From Pseudomonadales bacterium (GTDB lineage: Bacteria; Pseudomonadota; Gammaproteobacteria; Pseudomonadales; JANQMK01), in contig JANQMK010000062.1 in assembly GCA_028280085.1 (NCBI GenBank), positions 1-35,441 of the forward strand: DNA of 35,441 bases. Reading direction: 5' to 3'. Each line of letters begins with the position of its first letter. Position 1 is the stretch's first letter. This document shows, piece after piece, positions 28,330-35,441 of the stretch. The notes under the pieces are model-generated. The model made no database searches. It worked only from the letters and a program-made list of their open reading frames with translations, and had not been told where the DNA came from. Made by a program: the position numbers and the translations under genes.

Positions 28330-29091
28330 ATGGATTTAAAAGATAAAGTCATAGCCATCACCGGAGGTGGACAAGGCCTAGGAAGAGCGATGGCAACAGG
28401 CTTAGCGAGCAAAGGCGCGAAATTGGCGTTACTCGATTTAAACGAGGAAAAATTGCAAGAAACATCGACGTTGTGCGAAGAGTTAGGTGGTGCCGGTCGC
28501 GGCTACCTCGTCAATATTTCGCGCGAAATAGAAGTTGAGGATACCTTTAATCAAATTATTGAAGACTATGGACGACTTGATGGTCTGATCAATAATGCTG
28601 GCATTTTACGCGACGGCCTGCTGATAAAAGCAAAAGATGGAGAAGTTACCAAGCGCCTGTCATTAGAAGAATGGCAAGCAGTCATTGACGTCAATTTAAC
28701 TGGCGTCTTCCTATGCGGTCGCGAAGCGGCCACTAAAATGATCGAAGGCAATACGGCCGGCGTAATCATCAATATTGCCAGCATCTCTAAAGCAGGCAAC
28801 ATGGGCCAAAGCAACTATTCTGCCGCTAAGTCTGGCGTTGAAGCTCTCACGGTGACATGGGCAAAAGAACTGGCCCGCTACGGTATTCGAACAGCGGCAA
28901 TCGCACCGGGCTTTATTGCTACCGAAATGGTTGCTAGCATGAAACCGGAGGCGCTAGAAAAGATGGCGTCTTTTATTCCGCTCAAACGACTGGGTAAACC
29001 AGAAGAAATTGCACACACCGCTGTATATATTTTTGAGAATGATTATTTATCTGGACGTACAATAGAAATTGATGCAGCATTAAGGTTATAA
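28330..29091 (+). CDS. Short-chain dehydrogenase/reductase (FabG-like)
   Basis: TGGGQGLG (cofactor-binding glycine motif), NNAG and the catalytic S...YSAAK. Confidence 0.9.
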   Translation: MDLKDKVIAITGGGQGLGRAMATGLASKGAKLALLDLNEEKLQETSTLCEELGGAGRGYLVNISREIEVEDTFNQIIEDYGRLDGLINNAGILRDGLLIKAKDGEVTKRLSLEEWQAVIDVNLTGVFLCGREAATKMIEGNTAGVIINIASISKAGNMGQSNYSAAKSGVEALTVTWAKELARYGIRTAAIAPGFIATEMVASMKPEALEKMASFIPLKRLGKPEEIAHTAVYIFENDYLSGRTIEIDAALRL

Positions 29092-29140
29092 GTCTTAACT
29101 TTTGCCAAAATGCCAAAATCTTAAATTTAAATGAGGCCCC

Positions 29141-29168
29141 AAAACAGCAACTCTTGCTGTTTTGTTGC
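29141..29168 (+). terminator. Possible rho-independent terminator after the SDR gene
   Basis: aaaacagcaa-ctc-ttgctgtttt forms a 10-bp stem followed by gttg. The stem is AT-rich and the U tract is interrupted. Confidence 0.45.
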
Positions 29169-29198
29169 ATATATATTGTATTGTGACAGATAAAGATT

Positions 29199-29537
29199 GT
29201 GACAAATAATAAATATCACAATGATAAGTCTAGCTATAGCGATAAGCAGCAGCAGATTATTCAGGTTATTGCTCAAATACCTGCTGGAAAGGTCCTAAAC
29301 TACGGAGAAGTAGCGGCACTTGCAGGCTTACCCGGCGCCGCGCGCTTAGTGGGTAATACACTAAAAAACCTACCCAAAGATAGTACATTACAATGGCATC
29401 GTGTAATTAATAGCCGGGGCATGATTTCTTTAGCAAATAGCTCTTCAGGCCGAGTACAAAAAAAACGCCTAGTGAGAGAAGGCATCAAATTTAAAAACGA
29501 TAGGGTAGATCTGCAAACTTACCTCTGGCGCCCTTAG
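29199..29537 (+). CDS. Alkyltransferase-like (ATL) protein: MGMT DNA-binding fold lacking the acceptor cysteine
   Basis: IPAGKVLNYGEVAALAGLPGAARLVGNTLK, then LQWHRVIN where active methyltransferases have PCHRV (Trp in place of Cys). GTG start. Confidence 0.78.
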   Translation: MTNNKYHNDKSSYSDKQQQIIQVIAQIPAGKVLNYGEVAALAGLPGAARLVGNTLKNLPKDSTLQWHRVINSRGMISLANSSSGRVQKKRLVREGIKFKNDRVDLQTYLWRP

Positions 29538-29636
29538 CAACTCAGACGATATGAGTCTACATGTTATTTTATATAAACCACTCCATAGGCAATCCAATTC
29601 AGTTTTTTTCAACAATTGCGGTAAGCAGGGCTAATA

Positions 29637-31007
29637 ATGGCAGATAATCAGCTGAGCTGGAAAGAATCACTGCTGGTCTATCGCCACCCCCGTATCGCTG
29701 CGATGTTATTTTTCGGTTTCTCTGCAGGCCTACCCTATTTACTCATTTTCTCAACGCTGTCAGCTTGGTTAAGAGATGAAGGCATAAGCCGGACAACTAT
29801 CGGTTTCTTTAGCTGGGTTGGCATCCTGTTCTCTATTAAGGTACTTTGGTCCCCGATTGTGGATAGTAAAAAATTGCCTTTATTAACCGACATCATGGGA
29901 CAGCGCAGGTCATGGTTGCTACTAGCTCAACTCGGCATCATGCTGAGCCTGGCCGCCATGGCGTTCATGGAACCAACCACCGCTATAAGCACACTGGCGA
30001 AATTAGCTATCGCGGTCGCTTTTTTTTCCGCTACCCAAGACATTTGTATCGATGCCTATCGAATTGAAGCGGCAGACAAAACTTTACAAGGCGCGATGGC
30101 AGCCAGTTATATATTAGGTTACCGATCGGCAATGCTGGCCGCGGGGGCAGGTGCATTTTATATCGCTGATTGGTCCACCTGGAACTATGCCTATTTTACC
30201 ATGGCAGGCTTGATGGTAGTCGGTGTCATAACCACACTACTGGTAGCGGAACCTAAGAAGGTTGTTGACCATGAGACACAGCAATTACAACAGAGAATTG
30301 TTGATGTAAGCGACAAAATACCTGCTATTCCCGTCATTTTGCCGCGAAAATTAATAGCATGGTTCTCTACCGCTGTGGTCGCACCATTCGTTGAATTTTT
30401 CAAACGCAACGGCGTACTGGCTTTTGTCATCTTAATCTTTATCGCAGTCTTCAGAATCAGTGACATCACAATGGGTGTTATGGCTAATCCTTTTTACCTG
30501 GATTTAGGCTATAGCAAAAGTGAAATCGCTTCCATCGCAAAAGTATTCGGTTTCTTTATGACAATCGCTGGTTCAATATTAGGAGGGCTACTAGTGGCGC
30601 GCTTTGGCTTATTTCGCCCGCTGATTATCGGCGCCATTCTGGTGGCATCTACCAACCTATTGTTTGCATGGATGGCAATACAGCCTAAAAGTTTAGTTCT
30701 ACTCAGCGTAATAATAAGCGCTGACAATTTATCAGGCGGCATATCTAATGTCGTTTTCATAGCCTATTTATCAAGTTTAACCAACACATGTTATACCGCG
30801 ACTCAATACGCATTATTTAGTTCTCTCATGACGTTACCTGGGAAATTTATTGGCGGCTTCTCCGGTATGATTGTCGATAGCACTAGTTATGAAGCTTTTT
30901 TTCTCTATGCCGCCATACTCGGCCTGCCGGCAATTTTACTGGCTATTTATCTGATGAAAAAACAAGTAAACTCGAATATACAGGTAGAAAATGTCTCAAA
31001 CACCTAA
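29637..31007 (+). CDS. ampG: AmpG-family MFS muropeptide permease
   Basis: 456-aa polytopic ORF. The N-terminus (FGFSAGLPYLLIFSTLSAWLRDEGIS...), RRSWLL and ATQDICIDAYRIE are typical of AmpG. Confidence 0.85.
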   Translation: MADNQLSWKESLLVYRHPRIAAMLFFGFSAGLPYLLIFSTLSAWLRDEGISRTTIGFFSWVGILFSIKVLWSPIVDSKKLPLLTDIMGQRRSWLLLAQLGIMLSLAAMAFMEPTTAISTLAKLAIAVAFFSATQDICIDAYRIEAADKTLQGAMAASYILGYRSAMLAAGAGAFYIADWSTWNYAYFTMAGLMVVGVITTLLVAEPKKVVDHETQQLQQRIVDVSDKIPAIPVILPRKLIAWFSTAVVAPFVEFFKRNGVLAFVILIFIAVFRISDITMGVMANPFYLDLGYSKSEIASIAKVFGFFMTIAGSILGGLLVARFGLFRPLIIGAILVASTNLLFAWMAIQPKSLVLLSVIISADNLSGGISNVVFIAYLSSLTNTCYTATQYALFSSLMTLPGKFIGGFSGMIVDSTSYEAFFLYAAILGLPAILLAIYLMKKQVNSNIQVENVSNT

Positions 31008-31132
31008 CGCAAATCATCCAACTGTGACAGTACATTTTTACTAGCTTTAATACGGTAATACCGTTATTAGTTGCAACACAATATAATTTATAGTGACCTA
31101 ATTTAATACAACCCAGCCCGACAACATACTCT

Positions 31133-32017
31133 ATGAAAGCTATTCTAGAAGTACAAGAACTTTGCAAATATTACGATAAGACTATTGCCGTAAATAATAT
31201 CAGTTTCACCGTTAGTGAAGGTATTTGTTTAGGACTTTTAGGCCCTAATGGCGCAGGTAAAACGACAACCGTCGAGATGATCGAAGGCATAAAAGAGCCC
31301 TCGTCTGGCGACATTCTCTATCGCGGAGAAAAAAGAGATAAAACTTTTTCTCAGGTTGCCGGTATTCAATTTCAATCAACAGCGATGTTTAGCTTTTTAA
31401 CGGTGAAAGAAACCCTAAAACTATTCCACAGTTTATACGCCCATACATCATCCATTGAACAACTCATTGAAACCTGCGATCTCCATGATTTTATTGATAA
31501 ATACACCACAAAAATATCCGGCGGCCAAAAACAACGTCTATTATTAGCACTGGCACTGATCAACAACCCTGATATCGTTTTTTTAGATGAACCAACGACT
31601 GGCTTAGATCCACAATCAAGGCGCCATTTTTGGCAAGTTATCAAACAAATAAAACAGCAAGGTAAAACTATTCTGTTGACTACACACTATATGGAAGAAG
31701 CGGAATACCTCTGCGATCAACTCCTCATCATTGATAAAGGCCAAGTTATTGCCGAAGGTTCTCCAGAACATTTACTAAAAAGCCATTTTAACTATAACTA
31801 TATTTGCCTTGACGCCTCACTCAAAACACAGACACAATTAGAAGAGTTAGGGGTAAAATTTGTCATGGGAGATCAAATAGAGATTTACTCTAACAATATA
31901 GAATTCACGCTGCAGCAACTTATCCAACACAATATTAATCTCAACTCACTGCGTGTACGCAGCCCCACGTTAGAAGACCTTTTTATTAAATTGACAGGTT
32001 CAACACTCAGAGATTAA
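31133..32017 (+). CDS. ABC transporter ATP-binding protein (ABC-2 type)
   Basis: Walker A GPNGAGKTT, signature ISGGQKQR, Walker B IVFLDEPTTGLD and an H-loop in TTHYMEEA. Confidence 0.92.
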   Translation: MKAILEVQELCKYYDKTIAVNNISFTVSEGICLGLLGPNGAGKTTTVEMIEGIKEPSSGDILYRGEKRDKTFSQVAGIQFQSTAMFSFLTVKETLKLFHSLYAHTSSIEQLIETCDLHDFIDKYTTKISGGQKQRLLLALALINNPDIVFLDEPTTGLDPQSRRHFWQVIKQIKQQGKTILLTTHYMEEAEYLCDQLLIIDKGQVIAEGSPEHLLKSHFNYNYICLDASLKTQTQLEELGVKFVMGDQIEIYSNNIEFTLQQLIQHNINLNSLRVRSPTLEDLFIKLTGSTLRD

Positions 32018-32043
32018 ATTAAGCCAACAAATTCGCAACCATT

Positions 32044-33057
32044 ATGAAAAATTTTTTAGCTTTATTAGTAGCACGCAACAAAGAATACTATCGCGACAAA
32101 GGCGCCTTAGCCTGGTCTTTTATATTTCCCATTTTTATTATCATGGCCTTTACCTTCGCCTTTTCTGACAATCAACCTACCATTTTTAAGATTGGAGTAT
32201 TACAACCTACCGATGTAAACACTACCGCAGACAAACTGCCCAAAGTATTACAGGCCGACTATATACAGCAACTGCCATTCGACGATCTCGACAAAGCACT
32301 CAGCAGAATCAAACACCATCAAATTGATTTACTTTTTGATATACAGAAAAAACAGTACTGGATAAACAAACGGTCCTCCGCTGGACAAGCGTTAGAAGTA
32401 TTATTGTCAACAGATTCACGGCAATACCATAAACAAGTTATCGAAGGCAAAGAAATACGCTACGTGGACTGGGCTATGCCAGGAGTTCTGGGGATGAATC
32501 TCATGTTTAGCGCACTGTTTGGCGTCGGCTTTGTCATTGTACGTTACCGTAAAAATGGTGTACTCAAAAGACTCCAAGCAACACCAGTCACCGCACTAGA
32601 GTTTTTAGCAGCACAAGTTATATCACGTCTTTGCGTTATCATTACCGTAGTCACGATTATTTACATAGGCTGTGATCTATTCATCGATTTTCTGATGATT
32701 GGCAATTACTGGCTACTCTATGTTATTGCCTTTTTGGGCGGGTTCTCGATGATAAGTTTTGGCTTAGTCCTTACTAGCCGTACTGAAAGCGAAGAACTCG
32801 CCGGCGGTTTGCTAAACTTTGCTAGCTTTCCCATGCTACTATTGTCAGAACTATGGTTTGCATTGGATAGCGCGCCTAATTGGCTGATTGGTATTTCACA
32901 ACTGCTACCGCTAACTCACACAGTACAGGCCGCCAGAGAGGTCATGATTAACGGCGCAACGCTCGCTGATATCAGTCATCATCTATGGGCACTAACGTTT
33001 ATGTGCATCATATTTTTATTTATTGCCTCAATGCTATTTCGTTGGTATAGAGAATGA
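32044..33057 (+). CDS. ABC-2 type transporter permease
   Basis: 337-aa ORF: one N-terminal TM helix, a ~110-aa extracytoplasmic loop, then five more hydrophobic helices. It is adjacent to the ATPase gene. Confidence 0.82.
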   Translation: MKNFLALLVARNKEYYRDKGALAWSFIFPIFIIMAFTFAFSDNQPTIFKIGVLQPTDVNTTADKLPKVLQADYIQQLPFDDLDKALSRIKHHQIDLLFDIQKKQYWINKRSSAGQALEVLLSTDSRQYHKQVIEGKEIRYVDWAMPGVLGMNLMFSALFGVGFVIVRYRKNGVLKRLQATPVTALEFLAAQVISRLCVIITVVTIIYIGCDLFIDFLMIGNYWLLYVIAFLGGFSMISFGLVLTSRTESEELAGGLLNFASFPMLLLSELWFALDSAPNWLIGISQLLPLTHTVQAAREVMINGATLADISHHLWALTFMCIIFLFIASMLFRWYRE

Positions 33058-33076
33058 GAACGCAAGTTATTACCTA

Positions 33077-33559
33077 TTAATCTCTAAAATTAGTAAACTG
33101 CAACGGCATATCGATATTCTGTTCTTTTAAATGTCCAATAACAGTTTGCAAATCATCGCGCTTTTTACCGGTAATGCGCACTTGTTCGCCCTGGATAGAT
33201 GCTTGGACTTTAGATTTCATCTCTTTAACGATTTTAACAATCTTTTTCGTCAGCTCTTTATCTAAACCATGACGCATGGTTATTCGCTGTCTTGCCTGTT
33301 TACCAGAAATCTCAACATCACCTGCATCAATACACTTGGGATCAATATTATTTTTGATTAGCGTATCTCTCAACATATCCAGCATTTGGGTTACTTGAAA
33401 ATCCGCATCGGCAAAAATAGTGACAACACGCTCATCCCGCTCAAACTTGGCGTCGACGCCTTTAAAATCAAACCGAGTGTTGACAACGCGGGCAGCCTGA
33501 TCAACAGCATTGGTCAAGGCATGAATATCAATTTCTGACACGACATCAAAAGATGGCAT
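33077..33559 (-). CDS. yajQ: YajQ-family (UPF0234) nucleotide/c-di-GMP-binding protein
   Basis: 160-aa ORF with MPSFDVVSEIDIHALTNAVDQAARVVNTRFDFKG, the hallmark YajQ N-terminus. Confidence 0.92.
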   Translation of the reverse strand: MPSFDVVSEIDIHALTNAVDQAARVVNTRFDFKGVDAKFERDERVVTIFADADFQVTQMLDMLRDTLIKNNIDPKCIDAGDVEISGKQARQRITMRHGLDKELTKKIVKIVKEMKSKVQASIQGEQVRITGKKRDDLQTVIGHLKEQNIDMPLQFTNFRD

Positions 33560-33669
33560 AAAACAATTCCTCCTAACAAATAAAGCTATTCATTAAGCTC
33601 ATCCCATATGGCTAACGCGTTGTTGTATCACCACTGTTGTATCACCACCATCGACATTATTGGGCAACA

Positions 33670-34257
33670 TTATTGATGATTGGGAATCAAAGCCACAGTG
33701 GCAGCAAACAGCCCTAAACACCCCACGATCAGTGGCTCGCTCGGCAAATCGGCAATCATCGATAACATAAGTCCAACCACATAGGACAAGCTGCCCCATC
33801 AAATACGCCATGATAATACGCTTTTTTGTCTGCCATTTCACCGTCGCTAACGCTGGTATGATCAGACTGCCAAACACTAGGTAAACTCCTACTACCTGAA
33901 CTGATAAGGTAATCGCCACAGCAAAAATGAGGTATAAGCCAGCAGCCCCCATCAAATTGGTCACAAAACGCCAATAACAAAGTAGAATCAGATACACTAT
34001 AGCAATAGGAACCAGCTGAGAATACTCTACCCAAAGAATTTGTCCCATTAATACCGTACACAGTGTTTCATTGGCATGAGGCTCCCCCGCCAGAATTAAC
34101 ACACTGCCAGTCGCAGCTAGTATAAAAAAGCCTCCGATAACAGGCTTCTGATATGGGCGCCACTTTTTTTTCTGTCTAGGTATTAAAGAACACCGCCAAG
34201 CACCGCTGCAACAATCGCACTTGCTTTCACAGCCCAACCGTTCTTACCCCATCCCAT
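33670..34257 (-). pseudogene. Frameshifted remnant of an ABC-3 (ZnuB/MntB-like) metal-transporter permease
   Basis: Permease-like sequence is spread over three reading frames. Frame 1: MGWGKNGWAVKASAIVAAVLGGVL*. Frame 2: ...VIGGFFILAATGSVLILAG...LMGQILWVEYSQLVPIAI...VGVYLVFGSLIIPALA...AYLMGQLVL. Frame 3: VVGLMLSMIADLPSEPLIVGCLGLFAATVALIPNHQ*. In its own frame, the tail of the listed 212-aa ORF is Cys/Arg-rich nonsense. Confidence 0.45.
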
Positions 34258-34420
34258 CTATTAGAGAAATAAGCTCTACTATACTGCCGACCATCTGCTC
34301 GCTGCTTTAATTTTAAGCGTTATTACTCGCTAAAAAGCTTGGTTATAAATTGCGAATATCGCCGTGTTGGCGTTACACTAGCGCACTACTTTAAAAAAAT
34401 GGGGTAAGTCGGTAAGTATT

Positions 34421-34969
34421 ATGGGCAATAGACTATCTAAAATTGTCACCAAAACAGGTGATAAAGGAACAACTGGCTTAGGTGACGGTAGCCGCGTCGC
34501 AAAATCTAGCCTTCGTGTTAACGCCTATGGAGACGTGGATGAATTAAATTGCCTAATCGGGGTTCTTATTGCCGAGCTCAATGCAGGACATCGATTTCTC
34601 AGCTTATTTAATACAATCCAACACCAACTCTTCGATCTCGGTGGCGAGCTTTGCATCCCCGGCTACACCATTATCGTTGAAGAAAAAATAGCGGCTCTGG
34701 AACAACAAATAGATCTACTCAACGAGGAACTACCAGCATTAAAAAATTTTATCCTACCCGGCGGCAATAAAGCCGCCGCCCATTGCCATCATGCCCGAGC
34801 TGTTTGCCGTCGCGCCGAGCGTACAGTAGTGAAGCTAGCAGAATCAGAAGAGATCAACCAACAGGGAATGATTTACCTCAATCGACTTTCAGATTTGCTA
34901 TTTGTCTGCGCTCGCCTATTGGCTCGAGAAGGTGGCGGGCAAGAAGTACTGTGGAATAGAAAACAATAA
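34421..34969 (+). CDS. PduO-type ATP:cob(I)alamin adenosyltransferase
   Basis: 182-aa ORF with TKTGDKGTTGL at the N-terminus and FILPGG...HHARAVCRRAER. Confidence 0.88.
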   Translation: MGNRLSKIVTKTGDKGTTGLGDGSRVAKSSLRVNAYGDVDELNCLIGVLIAELNAGHRFLSLFNTIQHQLFDLGGELCIPGYTIIVEEKIAALEQQIDLLNEELPALKNFILPGGNKAAAHCHHARAVCRRAERTVVKLAESEEINQQGMIYLNRLSDLLFVCARLLAREGGGQEVLWNRKQ

Positions 34970-35097
34970 CGACCGAGACTGGCAATTTGCGACGATTCAA
35001 TGTGTATCTAAAGCAAGTAGTGCAGTAGTACCGCTAGCAGATATGAAAGCGTTGATACCCTTTTAATTGATACCCTCTTAAATTGTTATTCTGATTA

Positions 35098-35132
35098 CTA
35101 GGGCACCTCTGAATAATGAGGAAATGCCCCAG
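35098..35132. repeat. Copy C (shorter) of the ~45-nt intergenic repeat
   Basis: Sequence ctagggcacctctgaataatgaggaaatgccccag, ending 9 nt from the ROK-kinase stop codon. Confidence 0.7.
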
Positions 35133-35140
35133 TCATGGTT

Positions 35141-35441
35141 TTATAACCAAGCGGCACCTCTAACGCCACTCGAGTCTCCCCACTGCGCACGGAGTAGCTT
35201 AGTATGGACTTCATCAGAAAAAATATGCGGCCGCCAAAGTAACGGAATATCATTATAAAGACTGGCGATATTAGACAGTCCACCGCCTAAAACAATAACT
35301 TCCGGATCGATAATATTCACTATCTGCGCTAACGATACGGCCAACTGCAGCTTATAGATCGCCACGGTATGAGCAGCATCTTCATCGTCCTGTTCTGACA
35401 GGGCAACAATCTCTTGCACATTAATATCATGTTTTTTTCCA
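35141..35441 (-). CDS. ROK-family sugar kinase (NagK/Mak-like), C-terminal part; 5' end lies beyond the window
   Basis: The frame is open to the window edge (GKKHDINVQEIVAL...). VIVLGGGLSNI and the C-terminal WGDSSGVRGAAWL match ROK kinase ends. Confidence 0.75.
   Translation of the reverse strand, partial: GKKHDINVQEIVALSEQDDEDAAHTVAIYKLQLAVSLAQIVNIIDPEVIVLGGGLSNIASLYNDIPLLWRPHIFSDEVHTKLLRAQWGDSSGVRGAAWL

Noticed and set aside
34238-34420. Cobalamin riboswitch upstream of the PduO-type adenosyltransferase
   Set aside because: No B12-box-like sequence or conserved riboswitch helices are visible. Only a short ggtaagt-c-ggtaagt direct repeat lies next to the start codon.

Overview
The window looks like a chromosomal segment of a moderately AT-rich gammaproteobacterium. 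This is a guess from gene content (groES-groEL with fxsA nearby, sbcB, pyrB, class I fumarase, ampG, yajQ); the organism cannot be verified from the sequence alone. I support about 34 protein-coding genes. I found no rRNA, tRNA, CRISPR array, transposase or integrase. Housekeeping genes are interleaved with many nucleotide-second-messenger proteins: a Crp-like cNMP receptor, a REC-gated class III cyclase, a CheY-like protein, a GGDEF cyclase, a YcgR-like PilZ protein and YajQ. There is also an AraC-ferredoxin-AlkB hydrocarbon hydroxylase cassette. Six observations deserve a second look. (1) The Crp-like gene sits divergent to a cyclase that has Glu/Ala where adenylate cyclases have Lys/Asp(Thr), and whose N-terminus is a histidine-kinase H-box with no ATPase domain. 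(2) A roughly 45-nt hairpin repeat with a conserved loop occurs four times, always in intergenic DNA. (3) AlkB is paired with a plant-type [2Fe-2S] ferredoxin rather than a rubredoxin. (4) An AT-rich, gene-sparse segment carries a metallophosphoesterase and a minimal 2-TM channel behind tandem 14-bp repeats. (5) A lone DUF2971-like gene lies between pyrB and sbcB. (6) A frameshifted remnant of an ABC-3-like permease is present. I did not recognise a canonical defence system or mobile element. All functional calls rest on motif recognition by eye in the supplied translations.
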